Counted from the stretch's first letter, positions 14,654-28,043 are shown. The stretch is DNA of 64,000 nucleotides from Octopus sinensis (GCF_006345805.1 NC_043001.1:110174001-110238000), one strand, 5' to 3'. Notes: a model not told the origin generated them from the letters alone. Made by a program: numbers and translations.

Positions 14654-15512
14654 TCAGGTCATCCCATAAGTTCTGTCCGATTTTACTTTTTTTAAAAAAT
14701 TGAATGAAATTTAATAGTATTTTAGAATGTCTAATGGAATTAAAATTATTTTTATGCATTTGTGTACATTTAAAGTAATTATATATTATTTTACGGAATA
14801 AGAGAATTAAAATTGATTAAAACCCTTTCTAACATGGAAATATCCAAAGAGCATTTGAGGCACATAGTGATTTATGAGTACAAAAAAGGAAACTCTGCAG
14901 CCGAAGCGACTCGAAACATACATTCAGTTTATGGGAAAGAATGCTTGAATGAAAGAACTTGCAGGAGATGGTTTGCAAAATTCAGAAGTAGAGATTTCAG
15001 CCTTGAAGATGAAGATCAAACAGCACGTCCAGTTGAGTTTGATGATAAGCTCCTTGAGGCATTACTTGAAGAAAATCTTGCATTATCAGTTGAAGAATTG
15101 GCAATAAAGCTTTGTTCAAACCATGCAACTGTTCATCGTCATCTTCAACAACTTGGAGAGTTTTCTAAACTTGGGAAATGGGTGCCTCATGAATCGTCCG
15201 AAAGCAACCGCAAATCCCGAGTTAACATCTGCTCTTCTCTCCATTTTCACGAACTCATTTCACCCTTTTTGGATAGACTTGAGACTGGTGACGAAAAATG
15301 GATATTCTATCGAAATGTTAAACGTCGTAAACAGTGGCTTGGTAAAAAGGAAAAAAGCTCATCCATAACCGAGAAGGGACCTTCATGGGCAAAAGGTTCC
15401 TCACTCTATCTGGTGGGATTGCAAAAGTGTAATTCACTTTGAATTGTTATCACCTAATGCAGCAATCAATGCTCAAGTCTACTGTCAACAATTAGAGCGT
15501 TTGAACCAAGCC
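14654..15512 (+). mobile_element. 3'-truncated mariner (Tc1/mariner) DNA transposon
   Basis: TA followed by a TIR-like TCAGGTCATCCCATAAGTTCTGTCCG at about 14654, then the transposase reading frame. The sequence stops abruptly at about 15512 and no right TIR was found. Confidence 0.85.
14834..15512 (+). pseudogene. mariner (Mos1-like) transposase pseudogene
   Basis: N-terminal HTH (HLRHIVIYEYKKGNSAAEATRNI...RTCRRWFAKFR), WVPHE(S) linker motif and first catalytic Asp in ETGDEKW. A frameshift in the A-run near 15350 is followed by SIWWDCKSVIHFELL...YCQQLERLNQA. The second and third catalytic Asp residues are absent. Confidence 0.92.
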
Positions 15513-15861
15513 TTTTTATTCGACCTTTTGAGCGGGTTGTGCTACTCAACCTGAAAAAAATTCTAACTGATCCCCAATGTCATGCGATGTTTGTCTTCAT
15601 ATGAAATCACCATGTCGCGCTGATGTGGCTGTGAATCATGTGACGGGTAGTTATGATGTTTGTATTGGGCTTCTACTGATATCTTCTTATCATGCGCTGC
15701 ACTCTCACTCAATAATAATATAATTGCTCTCGATACAGGAGGGTTTACTTAAATATATTTTCCCTCAAGATATAACTGTTACTGCATTTCATCCAGAAGG
15801 AAAGAACGCAATGAACGTTACGTGTTGGGAGAAATACAGAAGACATAATTTTCAAAGACCT

Positions 15862-15882
15862 ACTGCTGCTGCTGCTGCTGCA

Positions 15883-15940
<58 letters not shown>

Positions 15941-16335
15941 ATACTGCTGCTGCTGCAACTTCTACTATTATTACTGCTGCTGCTACTACTATTACTGCTG
16001 CTAATACTACTACCACCACGACGACCACCACTACCACTACTACTACAGCTACCATCACCACCACCACCACTACTACTGTCACTGCTACTGCTACTACTAC
16101 TACTACTAATACTACAACTAGTACTACTACTATTACTACTACTATTAATACTACCGCTGCTACTACTACAACCACCACCGCCACTACTACTACTACTATC
16201 ACCTCCACCACCACCACCACCACTATTACTATTACTACTACTACCACTACTACTATAAATGACAATAACAACAAGAGAAACAACGATACTACTACTACTA
16301 CTACTAATAATAATAATAATAATATTATTAATAAC
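15862..16335. repeat. (ACT)/(ACC)/(GCT) compound trinucleotide microsatellite
   Basis: Directly visible; it gives poly-T/S/V ORFs in three frames. Confidence 0.95.
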
Positions 16336-16672
16336 AGCGGCAATCAATTGCTGAAGTCATTGGAACATTAATGTCTGGTATAAATGATTAAGGCTGCGAA
16401 TTCAATTTATTCCAGGCTCACGTAATACTGCTTTGTTTTGTTATATTTTAGCAGGAGATTGATCTATCGATTTTGCTGATCGATACATGGAACAAAGAAA
16501 AGATGAACTGTGATGCACAAAATTATAGATAGATAAACAGATAGGCATGCCTTTAAGTAGGCAGGCCAGTAAGTTAGACAGCGTGTCGTATGCATGCATA
16601 TATATATATATGTGTGTATGTATGGGTGCATGCGAGGTGTGTGTATGTATACACACATATATAAGCTGTTTG

Positions 16673-16723
<51 letters not shown>

Positions 16724-16957
16724 CTGTCTGTCTATATATATTTTTACGTGTGTGTATATATGTCTACAATATATATATATATATATATATACAGTGTATA
16801 TATATATATACAAACAATATATATATGTATATATGTATATATATATATATATGTACATGTATATATATGCATATATATATACATGTGAATACACAGATAC
16901 ATATATATGTGTGTGTATGTGTATATACATACAATGTATATATATACATATATATAT

Positions 16958-17004
<47 letters not shown>

Positions 17005-17199
17005 ACACAGAGTTTGATCGAATCCCGTCATAATAGAGAGCATTGAGTTAGGTATCTCGGTAGCTACATAGGCAGTTCGCTAAGGAGATCCTTAGATAAA
17101 TAGATATATAGGTGTTAACCTCTAAGTAGATACTGAGGTAGCAACATATATATATACATGCATATATAGAGGCTCAGAATTACAAATATACATATTCTT

Positions 17200-17395
17200 T
17201 TATTCTTTTACTGGTTTCGCTTATTTGACCGCGGCCATTTTTGATCACCGCCTTGCCGGGCTTTAGTTGAACAAATCGACTCCGCGTTTGGCATCTTAAG
17301 CCTAGCATGCATTCTATTGCCTCTCTTATAGAACCGCTAAGTTACGGGAAAGTAAACACACCATCACAGGTTGTCGAACGGTCATTGGTGACAAA
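17200..17395 (-). mobile_element. partial, diverged family C SINE
   Basis: The blocks 'ttgaccgcggccat', 'caaatcgac' and 'gaaccgctaagttacggga' match family C. Confidence 0.65.
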
Positions 17396-17580
17396 TATAG
17401 GTGTATGAACAACAAGCAAGTACATTAGTTTGACGCTCGAGAAAATTAGAATGTCTTTTACGTTTCGAGCCTACGCTCTCAAAAAAAAAAGTATTAAATA
17501 AAATAAAGGAATAAGTGAAATAAATAGGGAGAACGGAAAACGTTATAGATTTCAGCAGTCCAGCATGGCAAAAATCATAT

Positions 17581-17611
<31 letters not shown>

Positions 17612-17889
17612 GCAATAATAAATCTCTGTACGAGATGTAAACAGTAACCGCTCGACAATGTAAAGTATAATAGCCATCTCAATATGGCTAACCATAAACG
17701 GTGGGTGTCACTGTAGCTTTTAGCCCCAGGAGATCATCGTCTCCATCTGGCTTTAGGCACAATATCTGTGCTCTTATGGTATTTGCAAATATATATATAT
17801 AATTTAATAAATAAAATATATGCATACATACATACATATATGTACGTACCTACATCTACATGTATCTATACATGCATATATATATATAT

Positions 17890-18200
17890 ATGAGTACAGG
17901 ACAACACAAATAGACGTAGAACTCAACGAGAACGAAAACGTAAATCAAACATGGAAACGGACTTTTTTTAACAACGAAAAAACAGAGTACAAGACAAACA
18001 ATACAAGAATATTCCCCTCCATCAGCTGTCCCTAGTTCGACTCCAAGCGTGTTTCGAAGGTAAGGACAGAACACGACCCGTCGAACCAGCCCTTCCTGCG
18101 AAAGAATTAAATAAAATTCCTTTGCAGCGGGGTAAAAGCAAGGAAAAAATGTGACAAGAACTGGACGTAAAAGCCATACGAATTAAAATACAAAAAAAAA
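17890..18200. repeat. dispersed repeat related to 8290-8545
   Basis: Shares the colinear blocks listed for 8290-8545. Confidence 0.55.
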
Positions 18201-19015
18201 CAAATACAAAATAAAAATACAAATACAAAAAAATACAGTACAAATAAAGAATAAAAACGGGACAAAAAACCAACATCGAGGGCCTATTTTTAGCCTAGAC
18301 GAGGAAAATTCAAGAGCTCAGGAAAAAAGCATGTTCACTTGTAGAAGGCCGCCGGCGAAAGTAAGTGGTCGACTCGGCTGTGAGAGAGATGGGGAGGAGT
18401 GGGAGAGAGAGATAGAGAGGAAAGGAAACCAGAAGGGATGAAAAATAAGGAGAGAGACAGGCAAAGAGGAAGACAGACAGGAAGGAAGGGAAGGTCAAGC
18501 AAAAGGTTACAGAGTTTCGCGTCATAATTATATATAAAAACTTACTTGGAAAATAGAAAAGAAACGAAACGACGCGAGGGCGCTCAGTCATGTAATAATT
18601 TAATAAATAAAATACATGCATACATACATATATGTACGTACCTATATCTACATGTATATATATATATACCTGCATGAATACAAAGTCTAGTTGTACTGAG
18701 AATGTTGGTGGGAAATATTGCTAGGTTTGTAGGTTTGTAACGAACAAGATTAATTTATGTGCTCATTGCTGTGCATGACTGTGGAAGCATACAGAATGAT
18801 GAATAAATTACCCAGAAATCATTTAGTGTAAATTGCTGCAAACGAAAGAAATACAAACTGGTTCGATTCAATTCTTAATTTGCATTACCCTGCACACACA
18901 CACACACCTATATATATATATATATATATACAGGTGTGTGTATGTGTATCTAAATTCAGGGTGTAGAACAAGCAAAATGTGTGTTCGTTTGTAGGTATAT
19001 ATAATAATAATAATA

Positions 19016-19060
<45 letters not shown>

Positions 19061-19181
19061 TATTCCAAACTTACAGGGAAAAATTCAATCTTTCTATAAT
19101 ATGTAATTTTCTAGATGGTGTAATTTAATTTTTCATTATTGAAGTGATAAAAGGTGGCTTTTTTCTAATTTATATATATAT

Positions 19182-19213
<32 letters not shown>

Positions 19214-19634
19214 CCCTGCACTACAATATGCATATTTTATCCTTAAATTGAAGTTTGTTTTCTTGACACTAAACGATGATTTTAAAGTCATTAAAACAGA
19301 AAATAATACAAAAAACAAAAACAAAAATGGTCGCCAGTATTGGAGAGTGATTCATTTGAGACGAGAAAATATGACAGACAATCTATCATCCACACAAATC
19401 AATTATTACCTTCTACTGGGAATTGATTCAATAAGATTCGTTTTTTTTTATTTTATGGATGGGTATAGGTTATAATATTTTGGTTTCGTTATGATATTTG
19501 ATCGTTGTTTTGGAATTGTTAATATTTGCGTGAAATGAAGTTGGTTTGAATAATGTAATGATCGGTAGAATGCCGCTCATATAACACTTGCAAGCAGTTT
19601 TGTAACATTCCTACACTCTGTACATACGTTATAT

Positions 19635-20055
19635 CCTTTACTTGTTTCAGTCATTAGTCTACGGCCGTGCTGTGGCACCGCCGAGAAGGATATTTAATTG
19701 AATGAACCGAACCCAGTACTTAATTTTTAAAAACTTGATATTTATATTATCGTTCTCTTTTGCCGAATTGCTAAGTCCCAATGACGCAAACAGACCACCA
19801 ATGTTTGTCAAACGGTGAAAGGGAACAAAGACGCAAAGACGTACAGTCATGCAAGCACACATACACACACACTCATACATACACACAAGTATACATACAC
19901 GACGGGCTTCTTTCAACTTTCGTCTACCAAATCCACTCACAAGGCTTTGGGCGGCCCTTGGATATAGTAGAAGACACTTGCACAAAGGGACATACACTGT
20001 GACTAAATCCTGAACCATGTGACTGGGAAGCAAGCCTCTATCACTCAGCCACGCC
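19635..20055 (-). mobile_element. family C SINE (diverged)
   Basis: Colinear with 1301-1690 and 10141-10560. Confidence 0.8.
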
Positions 20056-20120
20056 TGGAATATTCCGCAGCTATGAATAAGAACGTGTATCAGACGAACA
20101 ACGGAATGCTTATAATTAAA

Positions 20121-20504
20121 AAGCTGGCAGAAACGCTAGCACGCCGGGCAAATGCGTAGCCGTATTTCGTCTGCCGTTACGTTTTGAGTTCAAATTCCGC
20201 AGAGGTTGACTTTGCCTTTCGTCCTTTCGGAGTCGATTAAATAAGTACCAGTTACGCACTGGTTCGATATAATCGACTTAATCCGTTTGTCTGTCCTTGT
20301 TTGTCCTCTCTGTGTTTAGCTCCTTGTGGGCAATAAAGAAATAGGTATCTTGTCTGTATTTACGTTGAGTTCAAATTCCACCGAGGTCGAGTTTGCCTTT
20401 TATCTTTTCGGGGTTGATAAATTAAGCACCAATTGCGTACTGGCTTCGATCTAATCGATTAACCCTCTCCCTCAAAATTTCGGGCCCTGTACCTAGAGTA
20501 GAAG
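20121..20504 (+). mobile_element. SINE-like family D, partially dimeric
   Basis: Starts 'gctggcagaaacgctagcacgccgggc'; the block 'gagttcaaattcc.c.gagg' occurs twice. Matches 36745-37160. Confidence 0.8.
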
Positions 20505-21185
20505 TGGAATGTCTGTAATTAAATATATCGGTAACGCATATGTTTTGTGACCTCGTAACATAAATTTTGGGCGAATTAACAGATTGCCTAATTCTTAATC
20601 TTTGAATTAATGATAAAACTTGGTTCTTTTATACTTCTGTATTTTTCTGTTATATTTGCTGGCGACGGTGTCATAGATGAAACGCTAAATCCCAGCAGTA
20701 AAATGATTTACAGCATTCTAGCTCACACATTCATTTAAAAATCCTGTCAATGCGAACCAACGTGAGGTTCCACGGTCATTTTATTCAATTCTCTCATTAT
20801 TACAAGTTGTCTGGCTTTGATCTTACGCTGCAAAATATCATCGTCATTCATAATGGAAACTAGATCACTCGAAACCATAAAATACCAGATAATGGATTTT
20901 GAAGTGCATCAATTTGTCCTGAATTAAATTCTTTCCGGAGCAAGCTTTTCATCTCATCTAGATTAAATTAAATTAAATTATTTTAATATTGAATATATTC
21001 ACGAATATACTGTTTTGATCGCCTGATTGCGTGTGGAAACACGACATTTAGTTTGTAGCTTAACACAAAATGACGCTAAAGTGTTTTGTTACTTATCTAA
21101 GTATATTGAAAATTCATTTCTTTTTAGATAACAATATCTAACCGGCTTACAAAGTTTGATCTTTAGCTTTATCTAACATAATAAG

Positions 21186-21329
21186 ACATTATTTACATTT
21201 GACGGATATTTGTCCTCATCTTCTTCGTTGTCAACACAACCTTTCGGCTGATATACCTCCACCCCAGCCTTCATCAGTTGTCTTGGAGAAATTTCGAACC
21301 TGGGCTCTCATTTCTAAGGTATTTTTCGA

Positions 21330-21378
<49 letters not shown>

Positions 21379-21450
21379 ATCACTGCCTGGAATCGAACCC
21401 GGAATCTTAGGGTTAGTAGCCCGCGCTCTTAACCTATACGCCATATGCCC
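21186..21450 (-). mobile_element. composite SINE-like element: tRNA-like head + (AAT)n + tail with hammerhead motif
   Basis: Minus strand: head 21450-21376 with A-box-like TGGCGTATAGG and B box GGTTCGATTCC; (AAT)n 21374-21330; tail containing CTGATGA-A-GGCTG...CAGCC-GAAAG-GTT-GTGTT. Same architecture at 49414-49693. Confidence 0.8.
21233..21282 (-). ncRNA. minimal type I hammerhead ribozyme motif (mutated copy)
   Basis: Reads gacaa CTGATGA a GGCTG gggtggaggtatat CAGCC GAAAG GTT gtgtt. Core boxes and a 5-bp stem II are present. GAAAC is changed to GAAAG, and the first stem I pair is mismatched. Confidence 0.7.
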
Positions 21451-21452
21451 AT

Positions 21453-21547
21453 GGCCGAAACGTTGTGTTAACAACAAACAGGATGAGGTCAAATATCCGT
21501 CAAATGCAAATAATGTAAATAATGTACATAATTCCTTATCTCTTAAT
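21453..21547 (+). repeat. inverted partial copy of the hammerhead-bearing tail
   Basis: ggccGAAACGTTGTGTTaacaacaaacaggatgaggtcaaatatccgtcaaatg is the reverse complement of about 21190-21248 and retains an intact GAAACGTT. Confidence 0.85.
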
Positions 21548-23200
21548 TAAAAAAACTAAGATAATTATGTTTGCTTTATATTTGGGTTGAAAAGTATTTC
21601 GTGCTCATGTAATTTGAGATTCTTTTTAGGGATAGGATCCTTCTTAAAATGGGTTATAAATTATTTGTTCTTAATGAGTTGAGAAAGGAAAGAAATGCGC
21701 ATGAACTTGGCAAGACTTCTAAGAGTGATCAGAGTTACACAGGTGGTGCCATTTTTTTTTCTGAATTTGTACATACCATTGCCTACAGAGGGAAGTAAAA
21801 TAAGAGAATGTGATTGCGATATAGTGGCTCAATGTTAAAACGGCCAAAAGGCAAGGCGGCGGCATTAATTTTGTTGACTTATAAAGTCACATGCACTCTG
21901 ACTTCAACGGATAAATTTAACTTCCCTCGTTTATCACAATAAATGCTAAGGAAAAGCGCATTTATGTCCGAACAGTGATTCTTTCCGATATTCTATTTCA
22001 GATGCGGTGTACTTACTGAAAATGTAATCAAAGCTTGAAGTTTAGCTGATGTGCATAAATGCTAAATCCAAGGTTACTATTCTGGCTTCATTCTGCCGAT
22101 AAAATTGATTAAAATAGCTCAACTTTACCCGAAATGCCCTGGACTATCATAAATAGCTATATACACTGATTAAAAGCTATCATGATTTGGTTATTTTGGT
22201 TCTCTCCCTGATCACAAGTTTTGGCGTATTCGACAGGTACAAGCGGTTCCAATTACCGACATAAGTGCACAATGAGGCTTAAATATGTATGTGTTTATTT
22301 ATCTTAAGGTGAGTCATTTCATGGACTCAGGAGAAAGAAAAACAAGATTTACTACTGTGAAGTTTATAATTTTGTTTGATATATGTATTTGGCAACGATA
22401 CTTGAAGAGAAATAGATAGCTAGCAGGGGAAGAAAACAACAGACGAACAGATCACTTCTCACAGACACATTATAAAGAGTACAGAAAATATACATATATA
22501 TATATGCACACATACTTAAAACTATGGCCCCCCACCAACACATAAGCATATGCATATATGAGTCTGTGTGTGTGTACACAGATATATGTATATGCATATA
22601 TAAACATGTATGAGGAAAGGAAGGAAAAGAAAAATGTTAGTGCAAAAGGAAAGAGATAAGTAGACGAAGAGAAAATCTGGCTGTATTCAAATGCAGACAT
22701 TAAAATGACTAATATTTGATTGATTTATGATCTAGACAATAAAAAGTTCAAAAAGGCGCAAGTAGATTCAATGGTAGATTAACATTAAGCTATCTCTACA
22801 TCTAACTTTAATCATTATTATATATTATCCGCCATTTTGGAGTAAGATACATTTCGCTTCTCAATAATATTTTATTGTTTAAATTGTTATTGTTGCTGTT
22901 GTTATTACCGTGGCAGCAGATGAAGCTGTTGCTAGTGCTGCTGCTGCTAAGCCTGATATCGTCCCTCAATATCTTGTCTCTGATAAAAGGATTTCCACAT
23001 GTAAACATCCAACTCTTTCACGAACATTGTGTTAGTTGAACTACATAAAACCTCCCCTTTTCCGGTATGGCCCTCTCATTTCTAGACAGGAGAATTCAAT
23101 GTGAACATAATTGATCTACTTCATATCGATATGGTCAAAGACTACGTAGAAGTACTTTTTTTCCCGGTGGACATCCACATATATATATATATATATATTT

Positions 23201-23500
23201 GCCGAGACCCCCTTCAGTCATGACTGACCATGGGATTGTACCTTGGAAGTTACTCTCCGAGGCACAAGTCCGGGCAAGGTTGTTTATGGAAGACCAGCAG
23301 TCGCCAATGCATACCGGCCTCCCTCCACGGCACCAGTGTTATCCTAGGGAAAGGAAAACCCCTATACAGCTTGGCACCTGTGACGACGCAATTCATTTCT
23401 ACAGCTGAGTGAACTGGAATAACGTGAAATAAAGTGTCTTGCTCAAGAACACAACACGCAGTCCGGTCCGGAATTCGAAATCACAACCTCACGATCATAA
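23201..23500 (-). mobile_element. family E SINE, 5'-truncated head
   Basis: Colinear with 804-1139. Confidence 0.85.
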
Positions 23501-25165
23501 ATTACGAAGAAATACAAAAGTGACCCTCAGGAATTTTCATCCATTCAACATATTGTCGAGAATAATTTTTGCCTCTTTATTATTGTGACACATTTTACTT
23601 ATCACAATTGTTTAATCAATAACGGAGTGGTTGTTTTAATACGTTTTTGTTACAGGTATTTTTTTCTGCCTAGCCATTTAGTAGGTCACTGTCAATGACC
23701 GTTTTCCGGCATTCGAGACTTGTTAGGTTGTAGTATGAATGTATTTTCAAATAGAGAACCCGTCCCGAATGCTTGTAACTGATCAAACTGCCATAAAGAA
23801 ACTGAACGAGTACTGCGAGCAATCTCTCTCGATGATCTAACAGTTACGTTAGTCCAAAACCTTAGAACAGTGACTCAATATTTTCAGTATTTGGGCCAGA
23901 TCCAAAATTTCAATTTTTTCATGAGGCCGCACCAAAATGGTAAAAAATGAGTCAGTTAAAGAAAAAAATTATTATATTTATTGAGGGAAGACTGTATGTG
24001 GCGCTGGGAGCTGCGGTTGGGAAACGTTGCTTTACAATGTTCCTTCGTTTAACGAACTCGTGAGTATTAAAGGAGTTGACCTATGTTGATTATTAACTCA
24101 AAATGTAAGAAAGCGGAATAAATACTGCAAGGCACTTAATCCGATGCTTTAATACATTGTTCATACTCCGCCTGGTTGATTTCTACTGATTGAAACAGCG
24201 TAGTATTATTTTCAAAGAATCAAACACAATAGGTAAATAATGGATGCCTAAGAGATCCAACTCTTTATTTCCGAATTCACAACTGCGTTATTAAACACCG
24301 GTTTCCACTGAAATATTATTTTGATGAATCGAGAGAAAATTCTATATTTGTAAACGAAGCTTTTCAGAAGTTTTATTGCTTCAGAATTTTTAAATACAGA
24401 AAATGATAGTACAGTATTTAGACTGTCATTAGAATTTGTCGAAAAGAAGCAAAGAATTGGCGAAGTAACAAGAATGGATGAAAGAGAAAAGTAACGGAAA
24501 ACAGAAATCAAAAGTTAAAACTGCCTCACAACTTGCTAGCGGAAGTTATTGATTAGAAGACTACAAAGCAACATTGCTTTGGTGACATGAAAATATGATG
24601 TAGACATGGGTAGCTTGTAAAACAGTACAGACTGATTCTCATTGGTTTTTAGTGATATTAACAGTCATGCTTCAAAGATGAAAGAGATCCGAAATCATTA
24701 TAAGTAAAACGACGGAAATGACTTTAGTGACAAGATGTTGGCAATGATTGCTGAAACGTTCAGGTCTGGAAAATTCAGGAAGGAAAGGAACGATGTTATG
24801 AAAGTAAAGAAAGATACATCAAGCTAAAGAATGGGGGAAATGAATAAACGATGTTTGAGAAGATCGAAGAAAGTAAGGAAGAGAAGAAAATAGAACAGAA
24901 TGTAAATGTACTGAAGGGAAAGAAATGTGAAAGAGAGGCGTGTTGAAGACAGTGGAGGGAATAACATATAAATTGACGAAAGGAAGTGAGAAACAAAAGC
25001 GATCGCAAATGATCGAGGGCAGGAAAGAGTCAAAGGCGCGGAAATTAAAAAGAGAAACTGAACAAATTGATGCAAATTAAATGTCAAAAAAGAATTACAT
25101 TAAAGAAATGAAAAGTTATCAAAAGCCAAATAAGATGGAATTAAACCACCCGCTAGATATTGATT

Positions 25166-25593
25166 TCTACTCTACGCACTAGATCCGAAATTTTTGGGGT
25201 GGGGCCAGTCGAATAGTCCGATCTCAGTACGCAACTGGTACTTAATTTATCGACCCCGAAGGGATGAAAGGCAAAGTTGACCTCGGCGGAATTTGAACTC
25301 AGAACATAAGGACAGAAGAAATACTGCTAAGCATTTCGCTCCGCACGCTAACGTTTCTTATTTCTTTATTGCCCTCAAGGGGCTAAACATAGAGGGGACA
25401 AACAAGGGCAGACAAAGGGATTAAATCGATTACATCAATCCCAGTGCGTAACTGGTACTTAATTTATCGACCCCGAAAGTATGAAAGGCAAAGTCGACCT
25501 CGGCAGAATTTGAACTCAGAACACAAAGACAGACGAAATACTGCTAAGCATTTCGCTCGGCATGCTAACGTTTCTGCCAGCTCGCTGCCTTCC
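25166..25593 (-). mobile_element. SINE-like family D, dimeric
   Basis: Reverse complement of the 20121 and 36745 copies; two internal monomers. Confidence 0.82.
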
Positions 25594-27254
25594 CACCCGT
25601 TAAATATTGATAGAATAAATTTCTAAAGCCATATAGAAATATAATGTTTGTTCTTCTGCCTGCCAAATGAAATTGTCGTAAAATATTTCCGAATTAATTC
25701 AACTCTTCTCGAAATATTTTCTCTACTAACTTAATTAAAATTAGAAAGTGTGTGTCTTCTTCATCTTGCTGGTATGATACTACGTAAAAGAGCGAATATG
25801 ATTCTGATACTATCTCCGATTCTTGAAAAATAAAATATGAAAATAAAATAAAAGAAAATGAATGCGGTGTAGAATGTAGCACTTACCAAACTGTGGATTA
25901 AGATGGGTCATATTTAACGGAGTGATTGTTTTTAGAAACTATGTTGTTACTTAGCAAGAACTACCATAATCAAAGCTAAAATCAATGGTATCTGAACCAT
26001 GTCACTGCTTGCTTGTTTAATATGAAATATTTTATATAGGGTTACTTTATCCATTGTGTTCTCCTTGCATCAAGATAAAAGTGCTGAATTAGTGACAGAT
26101 TTGGCTAAAATTTCCAGGAAATTGATTAAGATGAACTACCATTCCTATTTGGTCACATTCGGTGATTAAGAAGGAGATAAGATCAAAAATCCTTCGTGGC
26201 CTTTTCCAACAGTGGAAACGAAACGCTATTTTGTCATGAAGCGGTTGCATTGGTGAGGGGCATAGCAAATGAGACGAAGACTAGTGAGATAGTGAATCTC
26301 AAACTAAGAGGCTCGTTAATACTTCGCTTATAAACCGGGGAAAGAAAGGGAAAAAAATGCTGTTCGCGTATCCTGTAACATTGTTCGTACTCTTAGGAAA
26401 TATTGTAGATAAAATAATGAAGGCAGATGGAGCATTAGTCAGTCAATAGTACGAGGAACGTGGACAATCAGACTAAGATGCGACTATTGCAAATATATTG
26501 AATCTACTTAAGCCGTGCCAATTACCAATGTGTTTAGGAAAGAAAGAATGGGCTAATAATATCTTGTATTAAAACTACATCTACACAGAAAGACTGGTTG
26601 AAGACCAACGCTGGTTCTTTACAGAGTTATAAGGAAAGCGCTTCACTTAATACATTTAAGCCCTTAATCACTTTTAGCTAATAAAACACGAGACCTTAAT
26701 CTCTTTATAATAGTGATAATACGTAATCTTTAAGTCAAGGTTATATAACGAGCTAAATGTAAATAGCTAAGTATGGTGATGGCCAAGACATCAACTTAAC
26801 ATATGTTCGGACATACACATAATCTTAGAAACACAAAATGTGTCAATGTATGTGTACATACACACACATACATATATACATGTGCGTGTGCTATGAGTGG
26901 GTGTTTGTGAACAGAAGAGCTGTGTAAATGAGGTCGCATGCATTGTCGAGTGTTTAAAACGTTTAGATTGCAGACATGATATGACGAGTTCTATCCGACT
27001 ATGTTAGATCTCGGAAAAATATGTTTTAACATACGAGTAAGTTCATTTAACTCCAAATCTTAAAAAGTGAGTATCTTTTCGCTTTGACCTGCAGATTTTA
27101 AAAATAATTTCTTTGTAACTAAACATTTTAAAACTATAAACTATAAACTTATATTTAGAAAGTTATTTCACGTTAAAGTTGTAGTATTTCGGTAATTTCA
27201 ACCAATCAATGACGTGTGCTCAACTGAAGAAAATTACTGCTGTTTGTCAACATC

Positions 27255-27480
27255 CTGGGCTACTGCCGATCATACCTTCCCAAAGTCTGTTTGCACGTGA
27301 CCGGGAACAACATGTGAACATGTATTCCAACTGAAACTTCGAACATGATATCTAAACCCGAAAAGCTTCGACCGTCGGATGTGGTCGGCATTCGTGAGGG
27401 ATGCTTTGAACTCGTCCCTCGGTGCTGTCGCAACCCCACCTCAGATAAATGCCACTGAAATTACAAGCACAGTAACAATA
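27255..27480 (+). mobile_element. decayed RTE-clade LINE 3' end
   Basis: Translation TSWAT...SFDRRMWSAFVRDALNSSLGAVATPPQINA resembles the 'AQDRRAWSA.VRDVVNS.G' C-terminus of RTE ORFs; in-frame stops are present. Confidence 0.5.
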
Positions 27481-28043
27481 CAATATTCACCGACTTGCAT
27501 GCTAAGTTAAAGAGCAGATAATACCGTTGATTTAACAGCTGAATGCTCATTGTCGAATCTGACGGAGATTCGTAGTAAATCGTCAGAAGTAACTTAAACA
27601 AATAACAAATATGTCCTGAAACATTATTTGACTAAAGCCAGCCGTTAACCACAACTTACGTAGATATTTCACATCTAACAGAAAATTTGTAATAATTTCA
27701 TGCAAAACAACCTCAAAAGAAGACATCAAAGAGCACGTAACTATTTCGCCTCTTTTAACTGTAAAAGCACAAAATATCAACGTATTTTTTGTTTGTGACT
27801 GTCATTGTTCAGTTTCAGGCCGGTCCTGATCGAGTAAACCCATGATCAAAGGCGTTCCAGTATTGACTACTCGGTATTTTGCTATAACACAAACACGCGG
27901 TTTAGTTCTAATGCTTTTGACACATTTTCCCCTACCTTTTACACCGCCTCCCTTCTTTACCTTGATGATAGGATCCTGTGATTTTACAGAGGCTTGGTAG
28001 TTATGCCTAGCAGTGGCTTCATCATTGGCTCGTGTTTAGCTTT

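Noticed and set aside
15724-16371. 215-aa Thr-rich 'mucin-like' ORF
   Set aside because: It is an (ACT)n compound microsatellite, open in multiple frames, with no convincing splice context.
23990-24030. hAT-like terminal sequence (reverse complement CAACGTTTCCCAACC)
   Set aside because: No matching second terminus or 8-bp TSD was found.
24250-25130. Purine-rich, coding-like stretch
   Set aside because: No sustained open frame or recognisable motif.
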